Positions 50,889-61,756 of a DNA stretch of 64,000 nt are shown one piece after another. Made by a program: the position numbers and the translations under genes. Source of the stretch: Octopus vulgaris (Eukaryota); contig OX597821.1 in NCBI GenBank assembly GCA_951406725.2, positions 73,222,001 through 73,286,000 on the forward strand. Reading direction: 5' to 3'. Under the pieces are notes generated by a model. The model saw only the letters and a list, made by a program, of their open reading frames with translations, had not been told where the DNA came from and ran no database searches. Within the stretch, counting starts at the first letter, position 1. Each line of letters begins with the position of its first letter.

Positions 50889-53823
50889 ATGTGTGTGTGT
50901 GTGAGGCGGGAGGTGATTGCTTTTGCTTGTTTTGTTTGTTGTTGTTATTAATCTAACTCGGTCATTCGGTGCTTTTCACATCGACGCCCCCCACCCCACC
51001 CCACCCCCGCCCCGCCACCGTTGATGTTGAGTTGTAGAACCAAGCAACAGCAACAGCAGCAGCAACAACAGAAACAGCAGCAGTGGTAACTGAAGGAACG
51101 ACAGCTTATAAGTCAACATCATCATCATAGTCATAGTCGTCGTCATCATCATCAGCAGCAGCAGCAACAGCAGCAGCAACAGCAGCAGAAGCAACAACAA
51201 ACATTACAATCTTCATTATCATCACCACCGTCATCATCATCATCATCATCATCACCACCCCCACCACCACCACCATCGTCGTCGTCGTCGTCATCATCAT
51301 CATCATCATCATCATCATCGTCGTCATCATCATCATCATCATCATCACCATTCTATTTCCGTTTTTCTGTTGACAAATTATTTGAGGTCACTCAGTGCTA
51401 AATCTTCCATTATTCCTGAAAAGTGAAGGGACCCTGTTGTTGTTGTTGCTGTTGTTGTTGTTGCTGCTGTTCTTCTTTAACCCTAAGTCGGTTGATTGAG
51501 TAGGACTTATACAACCAATGTGCTTTCCAGCCATGATCATCGCCACTTACAAGAGGTGTGTAGGGCCAAATACTTTAAACGTCTTGTCCTTATATGAGAC
51601 AATAGGAGGCGGCGGAGGCGGCAGCGGAGGCGGCGGCGGTGGTGGAAGCGGCGGTGGCGGTGGTCGTGGTCGTGGTGGCGGCTGCGGCGGCGGTGGTGGT
51701 GGTGGTGGTGGTGGTGGTGGTTAAAAGTACACGTGTCTGCGGAGTGCTCAGCCACTTGCACGTAATTTCACGAGCAGGCTGTTCCGTTGATCGGATCAAC
51801 TGGAACCCTCATCGTCGTAATCGACGGAGCCCCCACCAGAGGTGGCGGTGGGGGGAGACTTGACTATTCAGTCCTGTTCCGTAAGTCTGACCGTCATTCT
51901 CTGTCCGGCCGCTCCAAGACATACGCAGCCCTCATAAGCAAAACGGATCATACTGAGAGCATCTTTCTTGAGGCTTTTTGTTATCAGGAGGGAAGGACAA
52001 TACCCATGAGCCCTTACAGGTAGGAGGGAGCAAGGGGGAGAGAAAAATATCCTCGATCCAGAGAAGTGGGGCGAATGCTTGCGACGGTGTGAACTCCACT
52101 CGAGGTACCCAAGGATCAGGTGGAGACGGTAAACTGGGCGACGGATTAACTCTAACAACCCCTCAGAAAGGTACAGCAGGATTTGAACTCACAGCGCAAA
52201 GGAACAGAACAAAGCATCTGGGCCGACAGACAACCACTCTTCATTGGTACTTCATTGGTACTTTATTTATCGATCCGGAAAGATGAAGGGATATTTCACT
52301 GCAGCCAGTTTTGAAGCCGGAATAAATAAGGCAAGTAGTTTTATCCGATGCTCGAACGACTCTTGCTAATATGCCTTTGAGTTGTCTCCCCCTGTTTGAC
52401 TGTGGATAATCCATAGATTTAGGATCATTGTTTCATTTGCTTATCTTCCTTTTGATCTCAACCATAAGAAAGAGTCAACCATTAGCCGGATCGGTCAACC
52501 TGTTCTAGTCTCTGGCTTTGTCAATGTAAACCACGCTGTTCCAAAGAGAACCAAGCATTCATTTCAGATGTTACTCCTCCTCCTCCATATTTGCCAGAAT
52601 CTAACCTGGATCAGACTAGAATACTTTAAGGTAGTTGCCCGGATTCAAAATCCCTTTTCCTTTACGCCAGTGACTGTACGTTCGTACAAAACTGTACGTT
52701 TTGGCCAAAGTGTTGATGTGCTGTACGTTCAGGCGAATTTGCTGAAAGTTTTAGTGATCTTGCCATTGGTTTTTTTTTTTTTTAATTCGGGTTTTGGAGC
52801 ATTGATTGATTGATTTTTCACACATGCATGTTTGTGAGCTTAATAAAAATAAAAGTACGTCCGGTCTGCTTTCGCAAACGCGTCTGCATGCACGCACGCG
52901 TTGACTAATGAGGTCAAGGGCGTCTGTAATTTTGGGTGAACGTATATACGTCCTGTTTACCACACCATAGCTGTCATAACACAAGAAGTTTTCTCACAGA
53001 CTGTAGGTACGTGATTGTTTTTTTAAAAGTTTGATAAATCAGACTCAATTTCACAGTGCCTATTTATACAATCTCACCGTATCAGTCTGAACACAAACAC
53101 AGATTTCTTAACCCGGATTTGAAACGGTATGTAATGTGTTTAATAACTTGATTAATTCAAATAAATCTTACAGAACTATAACTGGAGCAAGATATAAGTG
53201 AAAGAACTTTGAAACAGAACATTCCTCAGATAATGGACGTGAAGCACCAGATAAGAAGACGGCTAGATGGGCATCGTATGAAACTTCCGTAAAAATTGTT
53301 GTGCAATGAAAATTTTTTAGTTGGTTGGAGCGAGGCAAGAACGAAGATGATGATGGGAGAAGACCAAAGCGCCCGCCGACTTCCGCTTCTCTAAAACAAT
53401 GTTCTTTTTTCAACAAATCATAATGAGACAATAAACCTCTTACAATGTTCTTTTAAAATATACAGAAGTTCAGGTTTCAATATGATACAATGTTCCTTCA
53501 AAAATGCTACTTACCACACAGCCACACCGGCATTATTGATAAAGATTTTTACTAAAAAATTGCCGTTGTTACTTAATTCGAATAACATACATACATACAT
53601 ACATACATACATACATACATACATACATACATACATACATACATGCATACATACATACATACATACATACATACATACATACATACATACATACAAAAAT
53701 ATCCTGTTGTTGATGTTGAAATTCCAATGAAGGAGCCTTGGATCTGGGTTAGAAACCGGCTCTTTCTCTATTGGCAAGAAATCTTGAAATAAAACTGAAT
53801 AATGACATACATACATACATACA

Positions 53824-53854
<31 letters not shown>

Positions 53855-54067
53855 GTGTGTGTGTGTGTGTTAGTGTTTATATATGTGTGTGTGTGTATAT
53901 AAATGTGTGTGTAAATATATTTGGCGAACCGCTAGGTTATTTTGTCGATCGTCTTTAGTGAACCGCTAAGTCATTTTATCGAACTCTTTGGCGGACAGCT
54001 AGGTTATTTCATCGATTTCGATTAGCGAACCGCTAAGTTATTTTATCGATGTGCTTTGGCGAACCGG

Positions 54068-54210
54068 TAACTGGTACTTATTTAATTGACCCCGAAAGGA
54101 TGAAAGGCAAAGTCGACCTCGGCGGAATTTGAACTCAGAACGTAACAGCAGACGAAATACGGCTACGCATTTCGCCCGGTGTGCTAACGGTTCTGCCAGC
54201 TCACCTCCTT
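54068..54210 (-). mobile_element. Family-B SINE 5' half
   Basis: Direct match to other copies. Confidence 0.75.
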
Positions 54211-54359
54211 TGCAACTGACAAATGTTGAGAAAGTCAAGGGAGGGAACTGCGTCAGGTTCGTTTTTCTTCATTCCCTTACTCTCCTCTTTTCAATTTGTG
54301 CACTCCAGTCACAGACACACACGTGTTTAACATACACAAACAGAGATGGAGAAAGATTA

Positions 54360-54785
54360 AGATAGACATGGAGAGAAAGAGAGATAATGATGCAAATAAA
54401 CAGATAAAACCGCTCGAGTTAGAGATATAAAATATACTTGCATACATGTAAATAGAGAGAAAACGAAGGCTGAAAATATTCAGGCAATGAACGTTAATAT
54501 TATTAACATTGCAGACTTACACAGAGAACAAAGATACAGAAAGTTAAGGGGACAAAGTAAGGTGTTGCAGGGTGGATCTCTTCCTCTCCCCTTAATTTCC
54601 TGTGTCTCTGTATTTCGTTTAAATCTACTCTGTTAATATATAAATATCTCTATATTTATACATGAATCTTCGTTGTCTGAATATTTTCAGCCTCTATTTA
54701 CAATGTACAAAAGCATATTTTATATCTGTAGCCCAAGCAGTTTTCTTTGTTTATTTACATCATTGTTTCCATATCTATTCCCCCT
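54360..54785. repeat. Old diverged foldback/MITE
   Basis: ggctgaaaatattcag / ctgaatattttcagcc, ttaagggga / tccccttaa and agatataaaa / ttttatatct pair symmetrically about 54570. Confidence 0.7.
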
Positions 54786-55030
54786 TGCTTTCCTCTTGTA
54801 GCCATTCTTTACCCAACGGACTTGGTCCTCGGTAACCAAGTCTAAGTTCAAATCCTTTCACTGCTACGCAATGTTTTCTACATTGAGCATCTCTGGATCT
54901 CACATCTTGACTCTCCCTCCCTCTCTCTCTCCTTCTCTCTCCCTCTCTCTCTCTCCCTCTCTCTCTCCTTCTCTCTCCCTCCCTCTCTCCTTCTCTCTCT
55001 CTCTCTCACTCTCTGTCTCTCTCTCATATA

Positions 55031-55065
<35 letters not shown>

Positions 55066-55243
55066 GATAGATCGTTAGCCACTGCACACATATTTTTCTC
55101 TCCTTGTTTTTTCTGTGTACCTTTCTGTTGAAGAGCGTAAGCTCGAAACGTAAAAGACTTTTTCTATTCGTGAGCGCTATACTAATACATCTGTTTGTTT
55201 TGTACACCACCTGTCTTCGTCTTTTGTTTTTTTCGTAAACTTT

Positions 55244-55334
<91 letters not shown>

Positions 55335-55339
55335 CGAGC

Positions 55340-55492
55340 TAGGAGTGGCTGTGTGGTAAGAAGCTTGCTTCCCAATTACATGGTTCCGGGTTCAGTCCCA
55401 CTGCGTCGCACCTTGGCCAAGTGTCTTCTACTATAGCCTCGGGCCGACCAAATACTTGTGGGTGAATTTGGTAGATGGAAAATGAAAGAAGC

Positions 55493-55560
<68 letters not shown>
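55340..55560 (+). mobile_element. Family-A SINE 5' half
   Basis: Match to 50090-50240. Confidence 0.8.
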
Positions 55561-56012
55561 ACCTGACATGTGTGCGTGAGAGAGAAAGAGAAAGAGAGAA
55601 ATCGTGTTAAACAGCAGTTTATATTCATCAGTTCCCTACATACGTTTCACCCTTGTGGTTGTTTGCAACTCTGTATTGGCTGTTTCAAGAGCAATCGGAT
55701 GCTAAACCAGAATGGGTCATTAGGGCAACACTTTGTTGGATTAAAGTTGGACTGGCGAGAAGACTTTTTATATGAATATATTGAAAGGGGAACGACATAG
55801 TGATCGAAAGTGAACGACATAGATAAATAGAAAGAGAGGGGGGAGAGATGAAAGGAGATGAAGGAAGAGAGAGAAATGAGAGAGAAGTCAGCAGTTTGAA
55901 TAAAGAGGGGGAAGAAACGAAACGAAAATGCAGCAAAAGGGAGAAATAGGGCAAAACATATATAAAAATATGGAAATAAAAAAGGAAATTTGGGGAAAAT
56001 TAAGTGAAAATT

Positions 56013-56464
56013 TGTGAGGTATATTTGCCATCTCAATATGGCTAACCACTAAGGGTGGTTGTTACTGTAGCTTGTAGCCCCGGGAGAACATCTCCAGCTG
56101 GCTTTAGTCACACTTTCTGTGCCCTTAAGATATTTGCAAAGGGAGGTCATCCTTCCCTCGTCAACCTACCTGTGTTCAGCGTACGACAATCACCGGTTTT
56201 CGATGAAAACGGTCCCAATGCAAATACTTATATAATTTTTCCAGTAACTTTTCGTCACTTATCTCGAAAAACTGTATGCAAGCAATAATAAATCTCTGAA
56301 CGAGGTATAAACAGTAACTGCACGACAATGTGAGGTATATTTGCCATCTCAATATGGCTAACCACTAAGGGTGGGTGTTACTGTAGCTTGTAGCCCCAGG
56401 AGAACATCTCCTCCAGCTGGCTTTAGGCACACTTTCTGTGCGCTTAAGGTATTTGTAAAGGGAG
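56013..56464. mobile_element. Non-coding element of 1.4 tandem units (316-bp period) with 10-bp TSD
   Basis: 56013-56145 repeats at 56329-56464. agtgaaaatt at 56003-56012 and 56465-56474. Confidence 0.8.
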
Positions 56465-56511
56465 AGTGAAAATTGATGAAATATAAATAAATACATAGAT
56501 AAACACATATT

Positions 56512-56561
<50 letters not shown>

Positions 56562-56580
56562 TGAAAAGCAAGTTGAAATG

Positions 56581-56643
<63 letters not shown>

Positions 56644-57099
56644 AAAGAAACTATGGTCAATAGAAGAAAAGAGAGAGAAAGAGAGAGGTGAGGGGTGGGA
56701 GAGGAGGGATACACTGAAGAATGCGAGTGTTTTTTGTAATGGAGGATTTCGCTGTTATTACAATGAGAAATCATAAATCAAACATTTTTTGGCAACCCCA
56801 AATATCTGTTGATTACTTTCTGCAAAATCAGGATCGAGTGAGTGAACAACACTCGCTCAAAAAACATGAACGATAACATAAAGAAGGTATCTCACTTCTT
56901 CCTATTGTACAACCATAAGTTCGGGAACGAAATATGCTTTGGAATGGGAAACCTAGATCCGAACTTTTTAAAAAGCAAGGTTGATTTTATTTTTTTTCAA
57001 TCTTAATATCGGAACAAAAATATGTATAGTAAAAACTATTGTTGTTGTTGTTGTTGTGGTCGTCGTCATCATCATCATTATCATCATCATCATCAGTAT

Positions 57100-57313
57100 T
57101 GAGTGAGAGAGCAGTTCATGCCATCAAAGTGACACTGGGGTAAAATATACGAATCCCAGTATGCCCATCATGGCTACCCGTCTGATAAGGGTACACCAGG
57201 CACATGCATCAGAACCATATGTGCGCGACATAGTGATCTCATATCAAGATAAACAGTGCATGACCTTGCAGGTGGGGCCCAGTTAGAATTTTCTTCTGGT
57301 CGAGTAACCCATC
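57100..57313 (-). mobile_element. Truncated copy of the 3513-4069 repeat
   Basis: Matches 3513-3725. Flanked by (ATC)n and (TTA)n. Confidence 0.7.
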
Positions 57314-57376
<63 letters not shown>

Positions 57377-57392
57377 CATCATTATTATTATC

Positions 57393-57464
<72 letters not shown>

Positions 57465-57469
57465 TTTAT

Positions 57470-57672
57470 TAAGGTGGCGAGCTGGCAGAATCGTTAACAC
57501 GCCGGGCGAAATGCTTAGCAGTATTTCGTCTGTCGCTAGGTTCTGAGTTCAAATTCCGCCGAGGTCGACTCTGCCAGTTATCCTTTCGGGTTCGATAAAT
57601 TAAGTACCAGTGAAACATTGGGGATTGATATAATCGACTTACCCCCACCCGCCAAATTTCAGGCCTTGTGCC
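57470..57672 (+). mobile_element. Family-B SINE
   Basis: Head ggtggcgagctggcagaatcg and body. Confidence 0.8.
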
Positions 57673-58261
57673 TTTACCAGACAGGGCTATTATATTTCTA
57701 CATCAACCAAATCAGATAAATTTAGTAATGTTTTAAACCAGTCCAAAAATGTTTCTACGCTCATTCGTTTCGGCGACGAAGTTTTTCCGAAGGACGTTCA
57801 CAGTTTTCATTTGACCCACCAATATTTTAGAGGATGCGCTTGCGTCCTCTGTTCCCTTGCCAATGGCCGCAAAACAAAGGAAGCAAAGGTTTGAAGATAA
57901 AAACTGTAGGAGGAGATCAAAGTTCAGTCAATTTGATATTGTGAATATTTTCTCCATCTACATTGAGTAACTTGTCATACAGAGGAAACAGCTATGCTGG
58001 AAACTGTACAGACATGAGTGAGAGTGACATAAGCATTATCATGTACGCCAAGAAACATCAGTTTTTCGATGAAGGTTCGATCTGCACCAAACGAACTTTC
58101 CTAGAAGGTTCTTCCAACGTGACATCTCTCCTTCTTCCGCCACCTTACCCTTCATTTATCATAAAAGGTTTGTCTACCAACATCCAACACTTACATCAAC
58201 ACATATAGACATACCCGCACAAGCTCGCTGTCAACCCACAAACACCTTTCTCCTTCCTCCC

Positions 58262-58441
<180 letters not shown>

Positions 58442-58849
58442 CATCGGTGTCTCACCCTTATTCCTTATCCCTTCACCTTCCACCTTCCCCCCATACATGC
58501 ATACAACTAAATGAAAGACAGTTTCCATTTCAAAGCAACCCGCGATGATGGAAACTATCTTAAAAGGCGGTCTAAGGGAAATAACTCTACAGGGACTAAA
58601 CGCAAACTTATTTCTGCTTTACAACAAACAGATTTTGTAAACTGTTTAACGGATTTCTTTTTTTAAACCTCGAATAAAGGAATCGAAGCGATACATTTCC
58701 AGCCATCCATGTCTGACAAACGTTTAATTATTTTTCCGTTTTGAAAAACATTATCTTTTAACGAAACCATTTGTTAATGTTCCCTGTTTGGCAGTTTACT
58801 GATATAATGGTCTACAATTAATGCAACCATTCTGTAGTTGGTATATACG

Positions 58850-59029
58850 TTTCGTCTGCCGCTACGGTCTGAGTTCAAATTCCGCCGAGGTCGACTTTGC
58901 CTTTCATCCTTTCAGGGTCGATAAATTAAGTACCAGTTGCGTACTGGGGTCGATATAATCGACTTAATCCGTTTGTCTCTCCTTGTTCGTCCCCTCTGTG
59001 TTTAGCCGCTTGTGGGTAGTAAAGAAATA
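58850..59029 (+). mobile_element. Headless single body unit of family-B SINE
   Basis: 10-bp TSD ggtatatacg at 58840-58849 and 59030-59039. Confidence 0.8.
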
Positions 59030-59090
59030 GGTATATACGAGAGTGTTCATTTTCTGGCAAGAGAAACCTCCCCGGACAGTTATAGGTGAC

Positions 59091-59760
59091 GCTGGACGAC
59101 AGTCACCTCCCACCACACCACCCGCCTCTCCCCACCCCACCCGCCTCCCAAAACCCCGAGCTTTCGGATTTTTTTATTTTCTCAGCGGATTCCTACGTTT
59201 CCGATGACGGACATTCCGAATATGCAAAAAAATCACATTTTCAAAATTTTGAATTTAACCCCCACCCTACTCCCAACCCAACTTTTTTTAATTTAAAACT
59301 TTTTTCGAAATTTTTTTTTTTCAATCTACGTGGGAAAATACGGAGAGAAGCAAACACGATATTAAATAATTCTCCGTCATACGTCTACAAAAAACATACT
59401 TCCAAAATTGATCCACCCAGGGTATATAAAACATGCTGTTTCACTTGTTTCAGCCGTTCATTTTCGGGGAGCTGTAGAGATTGTTGCGCACGCGCACCCT
59501 TTTTTGTGTAGGGATCAAATTTGAAGTTTTTCATATAAAATCTGAAATCAATTCTTTGTTAGCCATACTGTTAATCTCCGTATTTTACCACGTAGATTGA
59601 AAATAAAATTCGAAAAAAGTTTAAAATTTAAAATTTGGGGTAGGGAGAGGAATTTAAAATTTTGAAAACCTAGGAATCCGCTGAGAAAAAAAAATTTCCT
59701 AAAGCTCGGTTTTTGTGGCGGTGAGCGGGGGGGGTGAGTGAGTGTTGAACAGCCCCCAGC
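59091..59760. mobile_element. MITE with long imperfect TIRs (~250 bp)
   Basis: ctcagcggattccta / taggaatccgctgag and tcaatctacgtgg.aaaatacggaga / tctccgtatttt.ccacgtagattga. Confidence 0.75.
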
Positions 59761-60284
59761 CAGTTTTATTTATATACGTATGTATATGTATATTTGTATG
59801 TCCTTGTTTTAGTTTTTTTGTGTTCTATCACTGTTTTGGTTTGTTTACATCTGCGTAACTTAGCGGTTCGACCCGAGTCATCGATAGAATAAGTAACTAC
59901 TAAACTTTAAAACAAGAACTGAGATCTCCAGCGTGGCCACAGTCCAATGGGTGAAACAAGTAGAAGATAAAACGAAGTCGTTCACACACACAGACACATG
60001 TAAGCGTGTTTGTATGTGTGTCAATAACCTACTTGCTTTGACTGCCAACACCCTCCGCTCCTCCAGTGGAGATAATAAACTCCTTCTCTCCACCCCTCAT
60101 TAGCCCTCTACACACACACGTATCCGCCACCGTATGCCTACACGACCTCCATACGCTGTGACCTCGAAAACATTCTCCAATGGGGTCAACCGAATCTCGT
60201 ATTCAACAAAACACACAACCACTCGATTCACATTATCAGCAAAACATTATCGCACCCACCCCGTTCCTCTTCGTCCTAAACCTA

Positions 60285-60510
60285 TTTCTTAATTACCCAC
60301 AAGGGGCTAAACATAGAGGGGACAAACAACGACAGACATAGGTATTAAGTCGATTACATCGACCCCAGTGCGTAACTGGTACTTAATTTATCGACCCCGA
60401 AAGGATGAAAGGTAAAGTCGACCTCGGCGGAATTTGAACTCACAACGTAACGGCAGACGAATACGGCTATGCATTTCGCCCGGCGCGCTAACGTTTCTGC
60501 CAGCGCCACT
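60285..60510 (-). mobile_element. Family-B SINE
   Basis: Direct match to other copies. Confidence 0.8.
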
Positions 60511-60554
60511 TCGATTCGTGTCGCTTCGTGCGCTGACTCACTATAAATGTATAA

Positions 60555-60876
60555 AGCTGGCTCTCCGTCGGTTACGACGACGACTGTTCCAGTTGACACG
60601 ATCAACGGAACAGATTGCTCGTGAAATTAACAAATTAACATACAAAATGGCCGAGTACTTCACAGACACACGTACCCATAACGTAGTTTTCAGGGAGATT
60701 CAGTGTGAAATAGAATGCGACAAGGTTGGCTCGTTCAATCACAGATACTACTCATTTTTTTTCCATTTGCATGCACTGGAGCAACATAAAATAAAGAGTC
60801 TTGCTCAAGAGCACAACGTGCCGCCGGGAATCGAACCACGATTAAACTGAATATTGTAACCACTGAGCCATGTGCC
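60555..60876 (-). mobile_element. tRNA-derived SINE (family C, CORE-like); a 3' fragment also lies at 51722-51832 (+)
   Basis: Minus-strand ggcacatggctcagtggtt..ggttcgattcccggc. 60570-60690 is the reverse complement of 51725-51830. Confidence 0.7.
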
Positions 60877-61605
60877 ACAGAAGACTCGAGTCAAATAAAA
60901 CAGACTGCTCCAAATCCTTGTTACCATACTCACGTAAAAGGAATCGGGATAGGCTAATTTGTACTGGCATCAAGTCACATTGAAATGAATTACCTGAAGA
61001 AAATCTTATGAAAGGGATAAATTCCCTATTATCTTATTACGTAAAGATTTGAAACGTACGTACTAAATGCTTTCGTAATATCAATACTTGGTTTAACTTC
61101 AATAATATATATATATATATATAGTACAAAGTAAGATAGGGGTTATGGAAGTAATCCACTATGGGATATCAATTATCCAATATACTGTTGGGGTTCTTTT
61201 AATATATAAGTATTATATTTTTTCAGTGCCTAATATATTGACATATATAGGCAATATATAACCCTAATATATTGACATATATAGGCAATGTAAGTTGGAT
61301 TCACTTTTGACCATAGGCTGAAACAGCTGTAAGAAGTAGTTTATGGATTTCAGTATTTTATAATATGACTTTTAAAATCTGTATTTGTATTATTATATTA
61401 TCTATTAATTTATATAATATTTTGTATACTTTTGATGTTCTCATTTGCAAAATGAATAAATAATATAACATTATAATATCCGTAAGTTGGTGAACAAACT
61501 GAATTTGTTTCTCCATTTTCTTATTTGTATATATATATTTCCGATGGATTTAAGATATTTTTGCTGAATATCCTAAGAAGAGAGTCGCCATATTCCATTC
61601 CTTTT

Positions 61606-61701
61606 CGGCTACCTCTGATGAGCGTGGGGTTATATAGTTGGATTGTTAAACCTAACACTCCGTTGTACCCCTAGTGCGAAACCGATTGGTAAGATCAGCC
61701 G
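61606..61701 (+). ncRNA. Type I hammerhead ribozyme with canonical core
   Basis: CTGATGA 61615-61621; stem II GCG../..TGC extended by ggggt/acccc; GAAA 61678-61681; stem III ACC-GATT-GGT; cleavage triplet GTA 61689-61691; stem I cggctacct / agatcagccg. Confidence 0.75.
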
Positions 61702-61756
61702 TGATGGATATATAATACTGTACACTTTGGATTATACACGCTGCCTTGTACACGGT

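Noticed and set aside
53170-53430. Possible host first exon (minus strand) or mariner N-terminal relic (EDDDGRRPKRPPTS)
   Set aside because: Splice and promoter signals are weak and the protein similarity is too short to call either.
53922-54067. CRISPR-like repeat/spacer appearance
   Set aside because: Units are degenerate tandem copies without unique spacers, in a eukaryotic context with no cas genes.
56040-56115. Twister- or HDV-like ribozyme in the 316-bp repeat (minus strand ..UAA..AGC..CUACAAGC)
   Set aside because: P4 and the pseudoknot pairings could not be formed.
61229-61289. 27-bp direct repeat cctaatatattgacatatataggcaat
   Set aside because: Simple local tandem duplication with no further structure.
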